A stretch of 64,000 nt of DNA from contig NC_043005.1 in the NCBI RefSeq assembly GCF_006345805.1, forward strand, positions 40,796,001-40,860,000, written 5' to 3'. Shown here in pieces: positions 12,191 through 25,159 of the stretch. The notes under the pieces were generated by a model. It worked only from the letters and a program-made list of their open reading frames with translations, did not search any database and was not told the origin of the DNA. Position 1 is the stretch's first letter. Each line of letters begins with the position of its first letter. Source of the DNA: Octopus sinensis. Lineage: Eukaryota. Made by a program: the position numbers and the translations under genes.

Positions 12191-12278
12191 CATAAGAAAA
12201 CAATTTTCCATCTGATGTTAGTACAATTCCATGCTTAGGTTTACTTTGAAAGACAGTTATATTCCTTCCTTCCTTGAG
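12191..12278 (-). other. Orphan RCC1-repeat-like coding segment (candidate exon or pseudogene fragment)
   Basis: AG|LKEGRNITVFQSKPKHGIVLTSDGKLFSYG|GTAAAT matches the RCC1 repeat C-terminal consensus HxxxLTxDGxxYxWG. The acceptor lacks a polypyrimidine tract. Confidence 0.5.
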
Positions 12279-13542
12279 CTGATATTGCGTGCATGTACAG
12301 TCATCTATGTATTTTATGCATGTACAACATGCAAGCAACTGAATCGCTAAAGCTTAACTACATGGAATACATAGGCACTGACAAATCAGTTACCTTCAAC
12401 ATACAACACACACATGTGCTGCATGCAAACACACAGGTGTGTATACATTTAAAAACTATATTAGCCTGTATTATCATGTGAGCGTTTATGTATGAATCCA
12501 TATCTGCAATATATGTAAATATATGTAAGTGTACGTGAGTACATGAGTTTAATATATGTGCATGAGTACATGGGTTTAATATATGTACATACATGTAGTG
12601 CCCAAGTAGGTGTACATTAATTTAGCCATTAAAGAATATATAGAAATTCATTTATTTGCACAAGCATTACACCCACACACTCTCAAATGCGATAGGGATG
12701 AAGAAGTCATCATTACATACATATGCTGATACAAACATAAACCCTTATTAACAAACTGGATTAGTATCCATACTAGCAAACTCACTTGGAAATAGTATGG
12801 TCACTGGCATGGAAACAGCTATAGATTTGATTTATTTGTATAAACACAACTAATGAAAATGTATAAATGAAATGTATTAATACTCTCAAACATGTAAGAT
12901 GAAACTTCAATCCTTGGTTATTTAGAAAACATGCAAACTTAAATCATAAAATATATAATCATGTAACTAACCTCCCCACTTCTGAAAATTACTGGCTTTA
13001 TACCAACATTTAAAACCATTATTATTACTGTTACCTTAATTTATTGTGATATCAGGTCTGTAAGCATAGCGCAGATGGTAATGCACTCAGGAGCAATTAA
13101 TTTCACTGATTAATAACCAAGTTCAAATCATGCCATCAGCTTTGACACTGCATTTTACAGTTGCTCAATCTGGAGAGGGTAGTGTTCTCTACTTTGCCAA
13201 AGGAAACTTGTCCATATGTTTGCATTTGCTGAAAATTTCTTATCTAGAATTCAGTAGTGCAGTGAAATTCTTAGATCTAAAAACTATATGCGATCTTTCA
13301 GCTTTACATTGGAGAACAACATCCTCTCCAAACTGAACAGACTTTCGACCCCTTCCAATGATTCTGCACCATCTAGCTTTATGACTCTATGGTCAAAGGG
13401 AACATGACTCTATTTTTTTTGTTTTTGTCTTTTTCTTTTCTTTTTCTATTTTTCTTCACCATTCCAATTCTTGAACCCACTTTCATCTCATTTTTTCTAT
13501 TTGTTTTGATTTGCAATTTGTATGGGCCAAGAACATGAAGAT

Positions 13543-14053
13543 TACTTAGAGACAAAGGTTGTTTGCCAATATAACATGGCAGTCCTGGTGTAGGATGAAT
13601 GTTGCTGTAATTTAGCCCCAGGAGACATCGTCTCCAGCTGGCTATACGACACAATCTGTGTCCTTATATTTTCGAACAAGGGAATCTAGCACCCCCACTC
13701 AGCTCAAAACAATATCTGTGTATCGTGATTTCCGGATTATTTCCCTTCATCAGCCAAATTTCCGTTCAAAATATATAGTTTTCAAAGTGACAACTAGTCA
13801 CTAATCTATAATTTAGAAAATTACTATTGTTAAATCTCATGATGAGAGAAGGGAAATAACCCGGAAATTGTGATACACAAATATTGTTTTGAGCTGAGTG
13901 GGGGTGCTAGATTCCCTTGTTCGAAAATATAAGGACACAGATTGTGTTGTATAGCCAGCTGGAGACGATGTTTCCTGGGGCTAAATTACAGCAACATTCA
14001 TCCTAAACCATGACTGCCATGTTATGTTGGCAACAATCTTTACTCCAAAGTAC
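13543..14053. repeat. Long inverted repeat (arms ~13543-13750 and ~13848-14053, ~100-bp spacer) with hammerhead-like cores at the inner ends
   Basis: The arms are reverse complements over about 200 bp with few mismatches. The minus strand of the left arm reads CTGATGA-A-GGGAAATAATCC-G-GAAA. Confidence 0.9.
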
Positions 14054-14854
14054 TGTTGCTGAATATCTCTCATTGTGAGGTTTAAAAATAGTAATTTCCT
14101 AATACTTAGAGACACTAGTCATGTTTTAAAGCCTGCCTAGATAATATCTTCAGTGTATGAAACTATTAGTAGCTCATAACTATATACTGTGTACATTAAA
14201 CAATATATATATAAACACCACAATAACTACCACCACTACTAGCAATTTTATCACTAATACAATCAACATTTCACCTTACCATTGCCCCAAAGACAAAAAA
14301 GGCTTCATTTCAAATGCCCATTACTGAATCACACACTTTGCAGAGAAATAAAATAACTGAAAAGACTAAATATGTAAACAGGAAATAACATACTACAAAC
14401 ATCCGTGCACACATATAACTAATCACATTCACTAAACACATACTATATTCATCCAAAATCCAACGCATGTACACATACAACATCTAAAAGTGCATACAAA
14501 AATGCATACACACATCATCATTATCCTTAAAGCATACAAAGATATACAAGCACGTGCACCTCCAGTGATAACAGTTAATTGGCAGGAATAAATTGAGTGA
14601 GATCTCATTTGCAATGATAAGAAACTAGGTAGCAACTGAGACATAAGCAGAGATGTTATTGTTGATAGCAACAGTGACATTAGCATCAACAATATTGTTG
14701 ATAAGAAGAGAGATATTTCACAGACAGAAATAAAAATATTGAGAGAAATATCAATATTGATAGCAACATCATTAGAAATATTAATATTAATAGAAATAAG
14801 TATTGATTCACAGTGATAAGTAGCGCTGATATCATTGATAACAATACTGATAGC

Positions 14855-14951
14855 AATAAGGATATTGGCTGGAATATCAATAAGGATATTGGTTGGAATA
14901 TCAGTGTTGGTATCAATAAGGATATTGTCTGGAATATCAATGTGGATATCA
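14855..14951. repeat. Degenerate 12/24-bp minisatellite (AATAAGGATATTGGYTGGAATATC)
   Basis: Three copies of the 24-mer plus 12-bp variants, inside a broader ATT/AAT-rich low-complexity tract (about 14600-15130). Confidence 0.7.
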
Positions 14952-15442
14952 TTATAGAAATTAACAGCAATATCAATATTCATAACACTGAAAATGTTGG
15001 CAGTAATTTCATTAATAATAATCAATTATATATTATAACAAATAGCATCAATACTTAACAGTGATGCGAATATCTATATTAATAGGAATAAGGATATTTG
15101 CAATAATAATACCCTTATAATAATTGATAGTATAGAGAATATTAAAAGTTATCAGTAATAAAAGAGTGGTGTAAAGATAGCAGATACAGAGAAGAGAAGT
15201 AAAATGAATGAGATATTAAGCATTTACTTTCAAGTCTCTGGTTATTATTTCAGATACTACTGGGGGTTTCAACCTGCCTCTCATATGAACAAGGGATAAA
15301 TACTCCATTACAATAACTGACCTAGTATCTAATTACTAAGGAGAATATTGATATGGCATATAAGAAAGCCTCTAATACGATCACTTGGTCTGCTGTAACA
15401 GCTAACTCTCCCTACCGACTTATTAAAAAAGACATTAGATAA

Positions 15443-15770
15443 GGTAGTCCAGTGGTTAGAGTGTTGGGCTTACAATCATAAGGTTGTGAGTTTGATTCCC
15501 AGACCAGGCTGTGTGTTGTGTTCTTGAGCAAGACATTTTATTTCATGTTGCTCCAGTTCATTCAGCTGTAGAAATAAGTTGTGATGTCACTGGTACCAAG
15601 TTGTATCAGCTTTTGCCTTCTCCTTGGACAAAATCAGAGGTGTGGAGAGGAGAAACTGGTATGCATAAGTGACTGCTGGTCTTCCACAAACAACCTTGCC
15701 TGGACTTGTGCCTTGGAGAACTTTCTAGATGCAATCCCATGGTTATTCATGACCAACAGGAGTCTTTACT
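15443..15770 (+). mobile_element. tRNA-derived SINE family B (older copy)
   Basis: Colinear with the 60962-61298 copy (CAGTGGTTAGAG...TTCTTGAGCAAG...GCAATCCCATGG). Confidence 0.75.
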
Positions 15771-16229
15771 CTTTACCCATTTTAGTCCAAATTACACTGT
15801 TCCTGGATAAGAAAAAATGGACAAGATTGCCTTTGACCATAGGTCAGCTTGATCGTATCCAAATTTGAGTTAAATAACAACCACAAAAATAATTTCAGGT
15901 TTGATTGGGCTTAAGATTAATAGTGTAAAGATGCTAGGGACACACTCACTAATGAGAATGAGATATACTTAATTATGTCAAGATTTATTAACCCACTGTG
16001 CTACTATAAAACATAATAGCAAAGATATATGTAACCAAACTATTGAAGACTACGTGTGGTTATTAAGAAACAAAATAGCAGATCATACATGTTTAAAAAT
16101 TCTAACAAAATTTTCAGAATATAATGCAGTAATACAATATGTTTAAAAGTTGGAGATGATGCTGACCATATGGACATGAACATATAACATGATATTGTGC
16201 ATGATCATGTAAAATAATAAGGACTACAG

Positions 16230-16640
16230 CATAAACGCTTCTCTTCCTCTTCAGAGCCAGAAATACTTCAGCTCTGAGCAACTATTAAACCTTTACAAAG
16301 CTAAAACTGAGATCTGCAATAGAGTACTGTTCCCATTGTTGGAAAGATGCTACTATACTTGCACAGGCATCCTTGATGACATCAAGAGAAAGACCACCTG
16401 ACTAATGTAAAATTGCTTGTCAATACACTGCAACACCCTTCCCACAAATGTACTGCCTTTTTGTTGTTTTTACAGTAATGAGCTCTCCTCAACTACACTT
16501 GAGCACTTCTGACTCAGTTTTGTTCCTACCATCATTCATACTGTGCTCCTCCTGCCAGACATCACACAAACCATTTCCCAAGTCCTTCCTTTTCAGTATG
16601 ACAACCCTCTGGTTTTCCTATTTTGCCATTATTTTTACTC
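16230..16640 (+). mobile_element. Decayed LINE 3' end (post-RT region, CR1/L2/Jockey-like)
   Basis: Reads ...SSEQLLNLYKAK.../SAIEYCSHCW..., resembling the LYKAQIRPxLEYCSHIW motif. Frameshifted. Confidence 0.5.
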
Positions 16641-17444
16641 GCAACCATGAACTTGCAATTGTTCAAGAACAGAATCAGCCACATTGATCTCACTGGTCAC
16701 AGATGATCTGCAATGACCATGGGCTCAGCCCTTTCATATAAACCAAACTAATAAAAAAGGAAAACAAGTTTTTTGTTCTAGAATATATAACATGACTATT
16801 TACTATGTGGATGTAACAAGAACTTCAGAGATATTCTGTAGTTACATTATCAAAACTACAAATTAATTACAGTATAAAAGATAGCTATGAAACAAGCATA
16901 ATATATACATAAATATAAATAAATATTTCAAGAAATTTCATCAACATTGATAAAAAGACAAGTAGTTGGATAAAAGTGGTATTACCAACATTCATGTTTC
17001 TAACCAATTTACTAATAACATTTTAATTTTTTCCTTCCTCATTAAAACAAATTAAGTAGTCAAATTTGTTTTACATATTTTAATCCATCAAAAAATAACA
17101 CTTGGTTTACATTCTTGATAAAGTTTAGTGTTAATGTCTGGAAAAAAAGGGGAAAAAATTAAAAGTAGAGAATTATCTGTTGCTCTGGAAAGTAGTGTTT
17201 AAATGAAATTAAGCTTCTTATTTCATTTACATATTTGAAACAGAAGTAAATGATTACCCTACAATTTTTAATGGTGAGCAATAATGTTTAATTAGACTTT
17301 ATATCATCATTAACAATTCAATAATTTAAGGAAATCATCATTTTCACTAATGGTTCATTACGAGGGTTTTGTGTTATGATGCTTGCATGCTTGAGTGAGT
17401 GCATAAATGTGTACCTGTATATGTGTGTGTATCTATTAATATAC

Positions 17445-17486
<42 letters not shown>

Positions 17487-17669
17487 GTACTGTTCTGTGA
17501 TAGATAATTCAGCAAAGAAAGTAATCCATCTGGTGAGATATAAGTATTATTTATTTAAAGGACATAATACAAGTATTAAAGTGCTACTAATAGTTTCATA
17601 TGTTGAGAAAACTCAAACATATTATTCAGGTACAAACCACATATCATAGTGAACTAAAGAAATTGAATA

Positions 17670-17692
17670 TACAGACACACACATATACATAC

Positions 17693-17735
<43 letters not shown>

Positions 17736-17754
17736 GACAGATAGATAGATATAG

Positions 17755-17791
<37 letters not shown>

Positions 17792-17882
17792 TACATATAT
17801 ACACACATATACATACACACACACACATATATATATACACATACATATATATACACACACACACATATATACATACATATAA
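17670..17882. repeat. Compound (CA)/(TA)/(TACA)/(GATA) microsatellite (representative of many such tracts)
   Basis: Directly visible. It generates the overlapping low-complexity ORFs at 17600-17914. Confidence 0.95.
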
Positions 17883-20469
17883 TCAAACACAATGTGAGGA
17901 TAGGGTGCAAGTAAAGTTTTAGCAGATGCTCAAGGAAGGAAACAAAGATGGTTTAATGTTTCGAGCAACTTTCTTCTTCAGAAACAGAGGAAAGTTCAAC
18001 AGAAAGGATTTTTTCCACACATGAATATATATATAATGTACATGTATAAAATATATATATATATATTCTACAGGAAATAAAAGAATATTTGAATTCAAGA
18101 TGGCTCTGAAAGACAGAACTGAACACTGTACATACATACACATGCATGTATACAGTGGTCTCTTGGTGTACATAGTAGATTGGCCTTGCAAATCATTATG
18201 CATGTTGAAATCATGAAATTCAAGGAAAATACATTTTTCATGATATTATCAATAAAAAACAATGTAGCAAAATTTAAAGCTATTGGAATGAAATTAAAAA
18301 TATGATTATCACACATGAGTGTGTTTATCTTTGATAATATTGATGCTTTATAACTTAATGGTCCAAAAACATTCACCTACACATTACTATATAACACATG
18401 TAATTCAATTTTATGATAACATTAAATTTGCTAATCTTTTTCTCCTGTTCTTGATATAAAGGTTCTTTTTGACATTTTCATCCAAAATAAGCTTGTTTTG
18501 TCTGCATTAAAGATTTGTTTTAAAGAATTTCAAACCTTCTATTATATTAGTTAATTGTAACAGAAATCCATGTGCAGTTTTGTTATTGCTTCACTTTTGT
18601 TATATAATTTGACATCACAGAGAAAGCTTACTATCCAAAAATTCAGACTATAGTTGATCAGATGTTCGATTATGATTTTGCCTTTGTTCATTTTAAATGT
18701 TCAACAGTTCACAAAACTATTTTTTCACATTTTGTAGAATCCTTTTCTATTCTGAAGTTCGTTTAATATTTTAATACACATTTCTACAGAAACTGTCTGT
18801 CTTGTTCGGTTTTGGTTTCTGTTTGAAACTATTATTCAATATTGAAAATATTTAAAATATAAAAATGATAAAAGCAATATACATGCTACTTTAGCAAGTG
18901 GTATGTGTTACTAATCTCACTTTTATAGAAATGGAGTGAAAATAAAATGAAGGGAAAATATAAAACCAAAAAATAAATGACAAAGTGGTACCTGCCAAAA
19001 TGAAACTTGCAAACCAAGCACCGTGTTAACTGAGGAAATCTCTGTGTGTGTATGATCATCATTTGATATCCGTGTTCCATGCTGGCATGGGTTGGATGGT
19101 TTAACAAAATCTAAAAGGTCTAAGCACTGCATTGTGTTCCACAATTGACTTTGGCATGGCTTCTATGGCTGGATGCATTTCCTAACACTAACTATCACTG
19201 GAGGGGTTGACCATGCGGTTTGCAAGACTATGAACCCTGAAAGAGGCAGCATTATGCTGAGAGATGAAGGGTTAAAGAATGGGAGAAAGGGTCAGAGCAG
19301 AACAGATTTCTTGTTTTACAGAGGCCACATGGCTATTCACGAGGCATCTCTGTGGATCCTCATGTAGGAAGTGAGTCAAAGTAAATGGAGGAAGAAATGG
19401 GAATGTGGGAATTGCTAAAGTGTAGAAGAGATTGCAAGATGTGGATGGGTGGGGAGAATATAATAAATGAAGAACAAGTGTTGAGTGGATACCAAGTAGA
19501 GGAGAGGATGAGCAAATGATGAAAGAGATGAAGAGTAGCAGAATAGTTATAGTGGTGAAACAGTAGACAGAAAAACTGAGAGAGGGAAGATAATGAGGTG
19601 GGGGTAGGGATGACCAATGATCACAGGAGTGAAGAGCAACAGGTGATGATAATATACACACACACACATATATATATCTATAGAGAGAGAGACATACATA
19701 TATGAGATGATTCAATATTTTTTTACAAGCATTTCTGTATAGTAAACTGGTTTCTAAGAAATGTTTAAAAGCTGTTTCCCATGCTTGCTTGTCAAGAAAA
19801 CAATGTTAGCTAACTCCTAACATTTTCCCCATTTTAGCTTACTGCAGCTATTTCTGATGTCAAAAATATTCAAAATCAGCAAAGCTACTATTAAATTATT
19901 TCTTCTGATTTTACTGGTTAATATTTGAACATCACTTTATTCATGAATCACAACATTTCCTCAACTACAGAGATTTTGCAAAAGTTGAAATGTATAGTAG
20001 CTTCTCATGTTCTTTACTGATAGAAACGAGTTTCTCCATGTTCTTCACAGATAGAAACAAGTTTACACAGATGAACTAGGTACCAGTTGTTGTATTGTGA
20101 TGTGGATGCTAGGGTACATGGTTTCTAGGTCACTGGCCTGTGGTGACCTAAATGCTTAACAATAATATCCTGTTTGGAAGCATCACTTCAAATGGTTTTT
20201 ACATCTATTTTCCCACACTATCATGGGTTAGTCAAATATATTTTAGAGACATTGTTTTATAACTGGATTTTTTTCCTATTGCTGACCATTATCTATTTTT
20301 CAAGTAAGGGACCTTTTGTTCCACACATCTTCAAAGGTGCAAAAGCAGCTGATGGTTTGTTGACAGGAGAAATGATAATAATGACATCACTTGTAACTCA
20401 ATGATTTTTGAAGAAGCACAAATGTAAGCAAACACAACACAGATATTTTATAAGTGTGTGTCAAAAGGG

Positions 20470-20778
20470 TAAAGACCTGCTTTGGTTATGAATAACCATG
20501 GGATTGCACCTAGAAAGTTTCACTTCACAGCACTAGTTTGGGCAAGGTTGTTTTTACAGAAGACCAGCAGTTGCCCCTGAATACCAGGTTCCCCTCTCCC
20601 TGCCACTGATGTTATCCAAGGGAAAGACAAAGGCTGATACAGCATTTCTACAGCTGAGTGAACTGGAGCAATGTGAAATAAAGTGTCTTGCTCAAGAACG
20701 TAACACACAGCTCAGTCCAGGAATTGAACTCACTACCTCATGATTGTGAGCCCAATGCTCTAACCACTGAACCATGTA
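20470..20778 (-). mobile_element. tRNA-derived SINE family B
   Basis: Reverse complement of the family B consensus seen at 60962. Confidence 0.75.
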
Positions 20779-21254
20779 TGGAATACTCATATACAATGTA
20801 GGTGCTTTGCTTGTTTGCTGGTTGGCTGTGATTTGATGTGGAGGAGATGACTCTCTTAAAGTATCAAGTATTAAAACACCTGAAAATTATAGTCATAGAC
20901 AGGTGAGATAACTCACGCCAAGTCCCATTCAGGAGGGATGGACATCAATGTTTTGCCACTTTGGTGGCTTATTAATATCATACACCTGAACCAAGTGGGA
21001 GGCAAATTGAATAGCCTGTCCACGATTATGTAAAATGGTGTAAAAACCAACTGTTGATATGCTCAAACAATGCATATGTAGGAGTAAATTCAAATAAGAA
21101 TTAGAAGCAACATGAGCATTGTAAACGTTATCAAATGCACATACACAATGTATTTGCTTGTTCACAGGTTGGCTGTGATTTGATGCAGAGGAGATGATTC
21201 TCTCAAAGTGCTGAGGGTCAAAACACCTGAAAGTCGTGGTATGTGTGTATTCTT

Positions 21255-21610
21255 TTATTTGTTAGCCATTTGACTGCAACCATGCTGGAGCACAACCTTA
21301 AAGGATTTTAGTTGGATAATCAACCCCAGGACTTATTCTTTGTAAGCCTAGTACTTATTCTATCAGTCTCTTTAGTTGAACCGCTAAGTTACAGAGACAT
21401 AAACACACCAACATCAATTGTCAAGCAATGGTGGAGGTCAAACACAGACATAAACACAAAAATATATACATATACACATATTTATATATGACGGGCTTCT
21501 TTTAGTTTCTGCCAACCAAATCTACTCATAATACCCTGAGGCTATAGTAGAAGACACTTGCTCAAGATGCCACGCAGTGGGACTGAACCCTGAAATACAG
21601 CCATGCCTTC
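21255..21610 (-). mobile_element. tRNA-derived SINE family A
   Basis: Reverse complement of the 2066-2464 family. Confidence 0.7.
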
Positions 21611-21616
21611 ACCTAT

Positions 21617-21666
<50 letters not shown>

Positions 21667-21744
21667 CACAACAAACTTTTTCAGTTTCCTTTTATCGAAT
21701 CACTCGCAAAACTTTTGTTGGCCTCATACTAGAATAAATATAGG

Positions 21745-22035
21745 TAAAGACCTCCTTTGGTCATGAATGATCATGGGATTGCATCTAGAAAGTTACCCTC
21801 CAAGGCACAATTCCAGGCAAGTTTTTATGCAAGATTAGCAGTTTCCCATGCATACTAAGCCTCCCTTCTCCACTCTACTGATGTTATCCAAGGGAAAAGC
21901 AAAGGCCAATACAGCTTGGCACCAGTGATGTTGCATCCCATTTCTACAGCTGGTGAACTGGAGCAACATGGAAAAAAGTGGCCTACTCAAGAACTCAACA
22001 TACAGACCAGTCTGGGAAGCAAACTCACTACCTCA
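21745..22035 (-). mobile_element. tRNA-derived SINE family B (degenerate)
   Basis: Colinear with 20470-20778. Confidence 0.65.
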
Positions 22036-24252
22036 AAGTTGACTAGAGCCCTAAGTATCAGCATCATTGTTTACTTTTCAATGCTTGCTTAGGTCAGACA
22101 AAGTGAAAAATAAAGCATGCTGAGAACATATGAGTATGCATATATTTGTGTGTATGCATGTGTTTTGTGCATTGTGGTGCTAAGTGAGAACGTTTGTAAG
22201 TATACTGTGTGGGTGTATGTGCATAAAATTTGGATCTATATATAAAAGCAGTGGTGAAGCAGACCTGGTTCCCATTGTTGTTCATCCAATATGCATCTGC
22301 TCCAAGATTCAGTAGATACTGTTAGCATTGACCTCTGCATCTATAAATTTCTTATGGCAAGTCTCCAGCTTCAAATTCAATATATACCTGTCCTAATATT
22401 TGGCAGCACAGGCCTCGCTCAATACTACCACTACTGTTACTGTCAATATTTATTGGCAAGATATGCTGCTACAGATCATGCTATTTCAAAGTGGAACTGG
22501 AGATGACCTGTAGAAACTACAATATGAACCTCTGAGTGGAATGAAATCTAGTGAGGAGTCCCTACACAGTGACTCGACTTGCTAGAAATAGCAGCCAAAT
22601 CTTCCTCAAGTTACAACCTGCTATATTAGAAAGGGATGCATTGCATAATATGGTCCAGAGTTCCTTGTATACAGGAAATTGTAGTATGGTCATAATTGGA
22701 GTGTCTAATCATAGGTGTGTTCAGAGTTGACCAGGACTAAGCTACAATAACTCTCCTTCCCAAGAGGGATGCATCTCCCTAGCTTCCTGCCCAACTTTTT
22801 GATTATTTTTCTTTAGTCATCTTGCATCCTTGACTTCTCATGCTCTCACAGCAACTCATTTGTTTGGTGACCCTTTCTTAAAAACCACCAGACCAATCTC
22901 TCAACTTCACTTTTAGCCTTAATTTTCTCATTCTCAAATGAGGGACCAAAACAACACATAAATTTTCCCTATCTTCCAGCTTATTTTGAATGATTTCTTT
23001 CTGGATACAAGAATCTTATTTATCCTACATGAATACTACATTGATGAAGAGATTTTAATGAAGTGATAGTTTATTGACAGAATCTTTTTATACAAAACCC
23101 ATGGATAACATTTTTGTAGCTAAGTGTACTAGTTGTTAAAATTTTGGCAGCTTACCACTAAATAAAGATTTTATATGTATGAATATATACAAACACATAT
23201 CAGTTTTATAATTCATTTTTTCCATAATTACATATACTGGAGGGGTTTGCAATACAGAAACCTTCCACAAGTCTTAATCATTATTTGTGTCTAAAATACT
23301 TTTTGTCAGCTAAAAGAGACACTGAATTTAGATGATGCATGTATTGTAGGAATATTACTTATGAAGAGTGTATACAGCAGTCTCTACCAATTAACAACAG
23401 AGTCAGAGAAGGAATATTAAAAGAATAGTAATGATTTATAAACGGTCATTTTGGAACAAATAATCTCCAAGTAATTTGTTTGAAAATCTGTGCTGTTACT
23501 ACTTTGTAGATGAAAAAGAAAAGCAACATGGTTTTGTAGTACTTATTATTATAGTTGCATAAAGCAATGGAATAGCGGAAACAAAGTTTTGAACTAAATT
23601 TCTTACAGTATTTAGATTTGTCTCTCCATCTTTTAAGTTCAAATCCTATTGAAGCTGACTGCCTTTCATCTTTTGGAATTGATAAAACAAGTGCCAGTCA
23701 CTTTCTAGAGTTAGATTAATGGACTATAGTCTTGCTATACCAATATGTGGCCTTGTGCCAATGTAAGAGAAATCAATATTGCTTCAATTAGATTAAAACA
23801 ATTGTTTACAGGGAAAGAACTTAACTTTTCTGGCTAGTAACTATTGTCTTCACAGTGATCAGTACATACATACCTAAAGCCATGATAAAACTATCTTTCC
23901 TTAAAAAAAAATCAGTGCTAAACAAAAAATCAAAGGAATTAACAATGAAACTGAGTAAAAATTTGTGAGTCATTCATACAATGCCTATCCTTCAAGGATA
24001 TTGTTGTTTTGTAGCTTAAAATGTTTGGTGTTTTGTAACTGTTAATGCAATACAAAAATAAGTTATTTTGTTTAATAATTTCTGCCAGACCATTGTAAAC
24101 AGCCAATAAGATACATATAGTACAATACACCATGGTACAGAGCAGAAAGAAAAGCAAGAGAATGTGCATTCAGAAATGCGCATGCACACACATATTAAAA
24201 TATATGTAGCTATGTCTGTGTATTTGTATTCACACACAGATATAAATATATG

Positions 24253-24326
<74 letters not shown>

Positions 24327-24679
24327 AAGGAAAAACAGTACTTTTGACTAGATATTACATGAAGAATGGATTTAATCCTAACTGTAGGCAATGTTTGGTC
24401 ATAAAAAATGCAACATATCCTACAATGTCTAATACAGCAGTGACAGTGGAGCAGTAGAGAGACTGGACAATAAATCAAAGCTTACACAATTGAAACAACC
24501 TTTGCATGACAGCAATAAGCAAATGAAAGCAGAGACAATGACTTAGAAATACAGAAGACATTTTTAATATCTAAAAGAAACAACAACTTTTCCCTAAGTT
24601 GAACAAATAATATATTTATTAGTAATGTATTTACAAAATAGTAGAGTTCTTTTTTTCTTTTTCTCATTTCAGTCATTAG

Positions 24680-25045
24680 ACTGCAGCCATCTTGGAGGTA
24701 CTGCCTTTAAGAATTTTAATTGAATGAATCAACTCCAGTACTTATTGTTATTTTTTATTTTTTGTAAAGTCGGGTACTCATTCTAATGGTCTCCTTGTTA
24801 AACCACTGAGTTAAGGGGATGTAAACACATCAACACTGGTTGTCAAGCAGTGTAGTGGGGGACAAACACAAAGACACACACACACACATACACACACACA
24901 CATACATATAGCAGGCTTCTTTCAGTTTACGTCTACAAAAGGTTTTGGTTGGCCTGAGACTATAGAAGACATCTGCCCAAAGTGCAACACAGTGGGACTG
25001 AACCCAGAGTCGTGTGGTTAGGAAGCAAGCTTCTTATCACATAGC
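24680..25045 (-). mobile_element. tRNA-derived SINE family A
   Basis: GACTGCAGCCATCTTGGAG...GGGACTGAACCC...GTGGTTAGGAAGCAAGCTTC is the reverse complement of family A. Confidence 0.65.
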
Positions 25046-25159
25046 TATACTTGCATCTATAAATGATATATTTATTAGTAATGTATTTAAAAAAGAATGG
25101 AGTCAGCAACCTTTTTGTATTATATTTACATGGGTCACTACAGAAAACAAAAACTCTTC

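Noticed and set aside
13000-13400. Possible hAT transposase C-terminal remnant on the minus strand (SFLWQSREHYP...)
   Set aside because: Only a few residues match amid many stops, which is too weak to call without an HMM search.
14432-15058. 197-aa Ile/Asn/Asp-rich ORF and overlapping ORFs
   Set aside because: This is low-complexity AAT/GAT-derived sequence open on both strands, with no domain and no splice signals.
17600-17914. Cluster of overlapping ORFs (also 24016-24478, 33303-33785, 44821-45148, 49351-49672)
   Set aside because: They are microsatellite translations (YIYI, VCVC, THTH).
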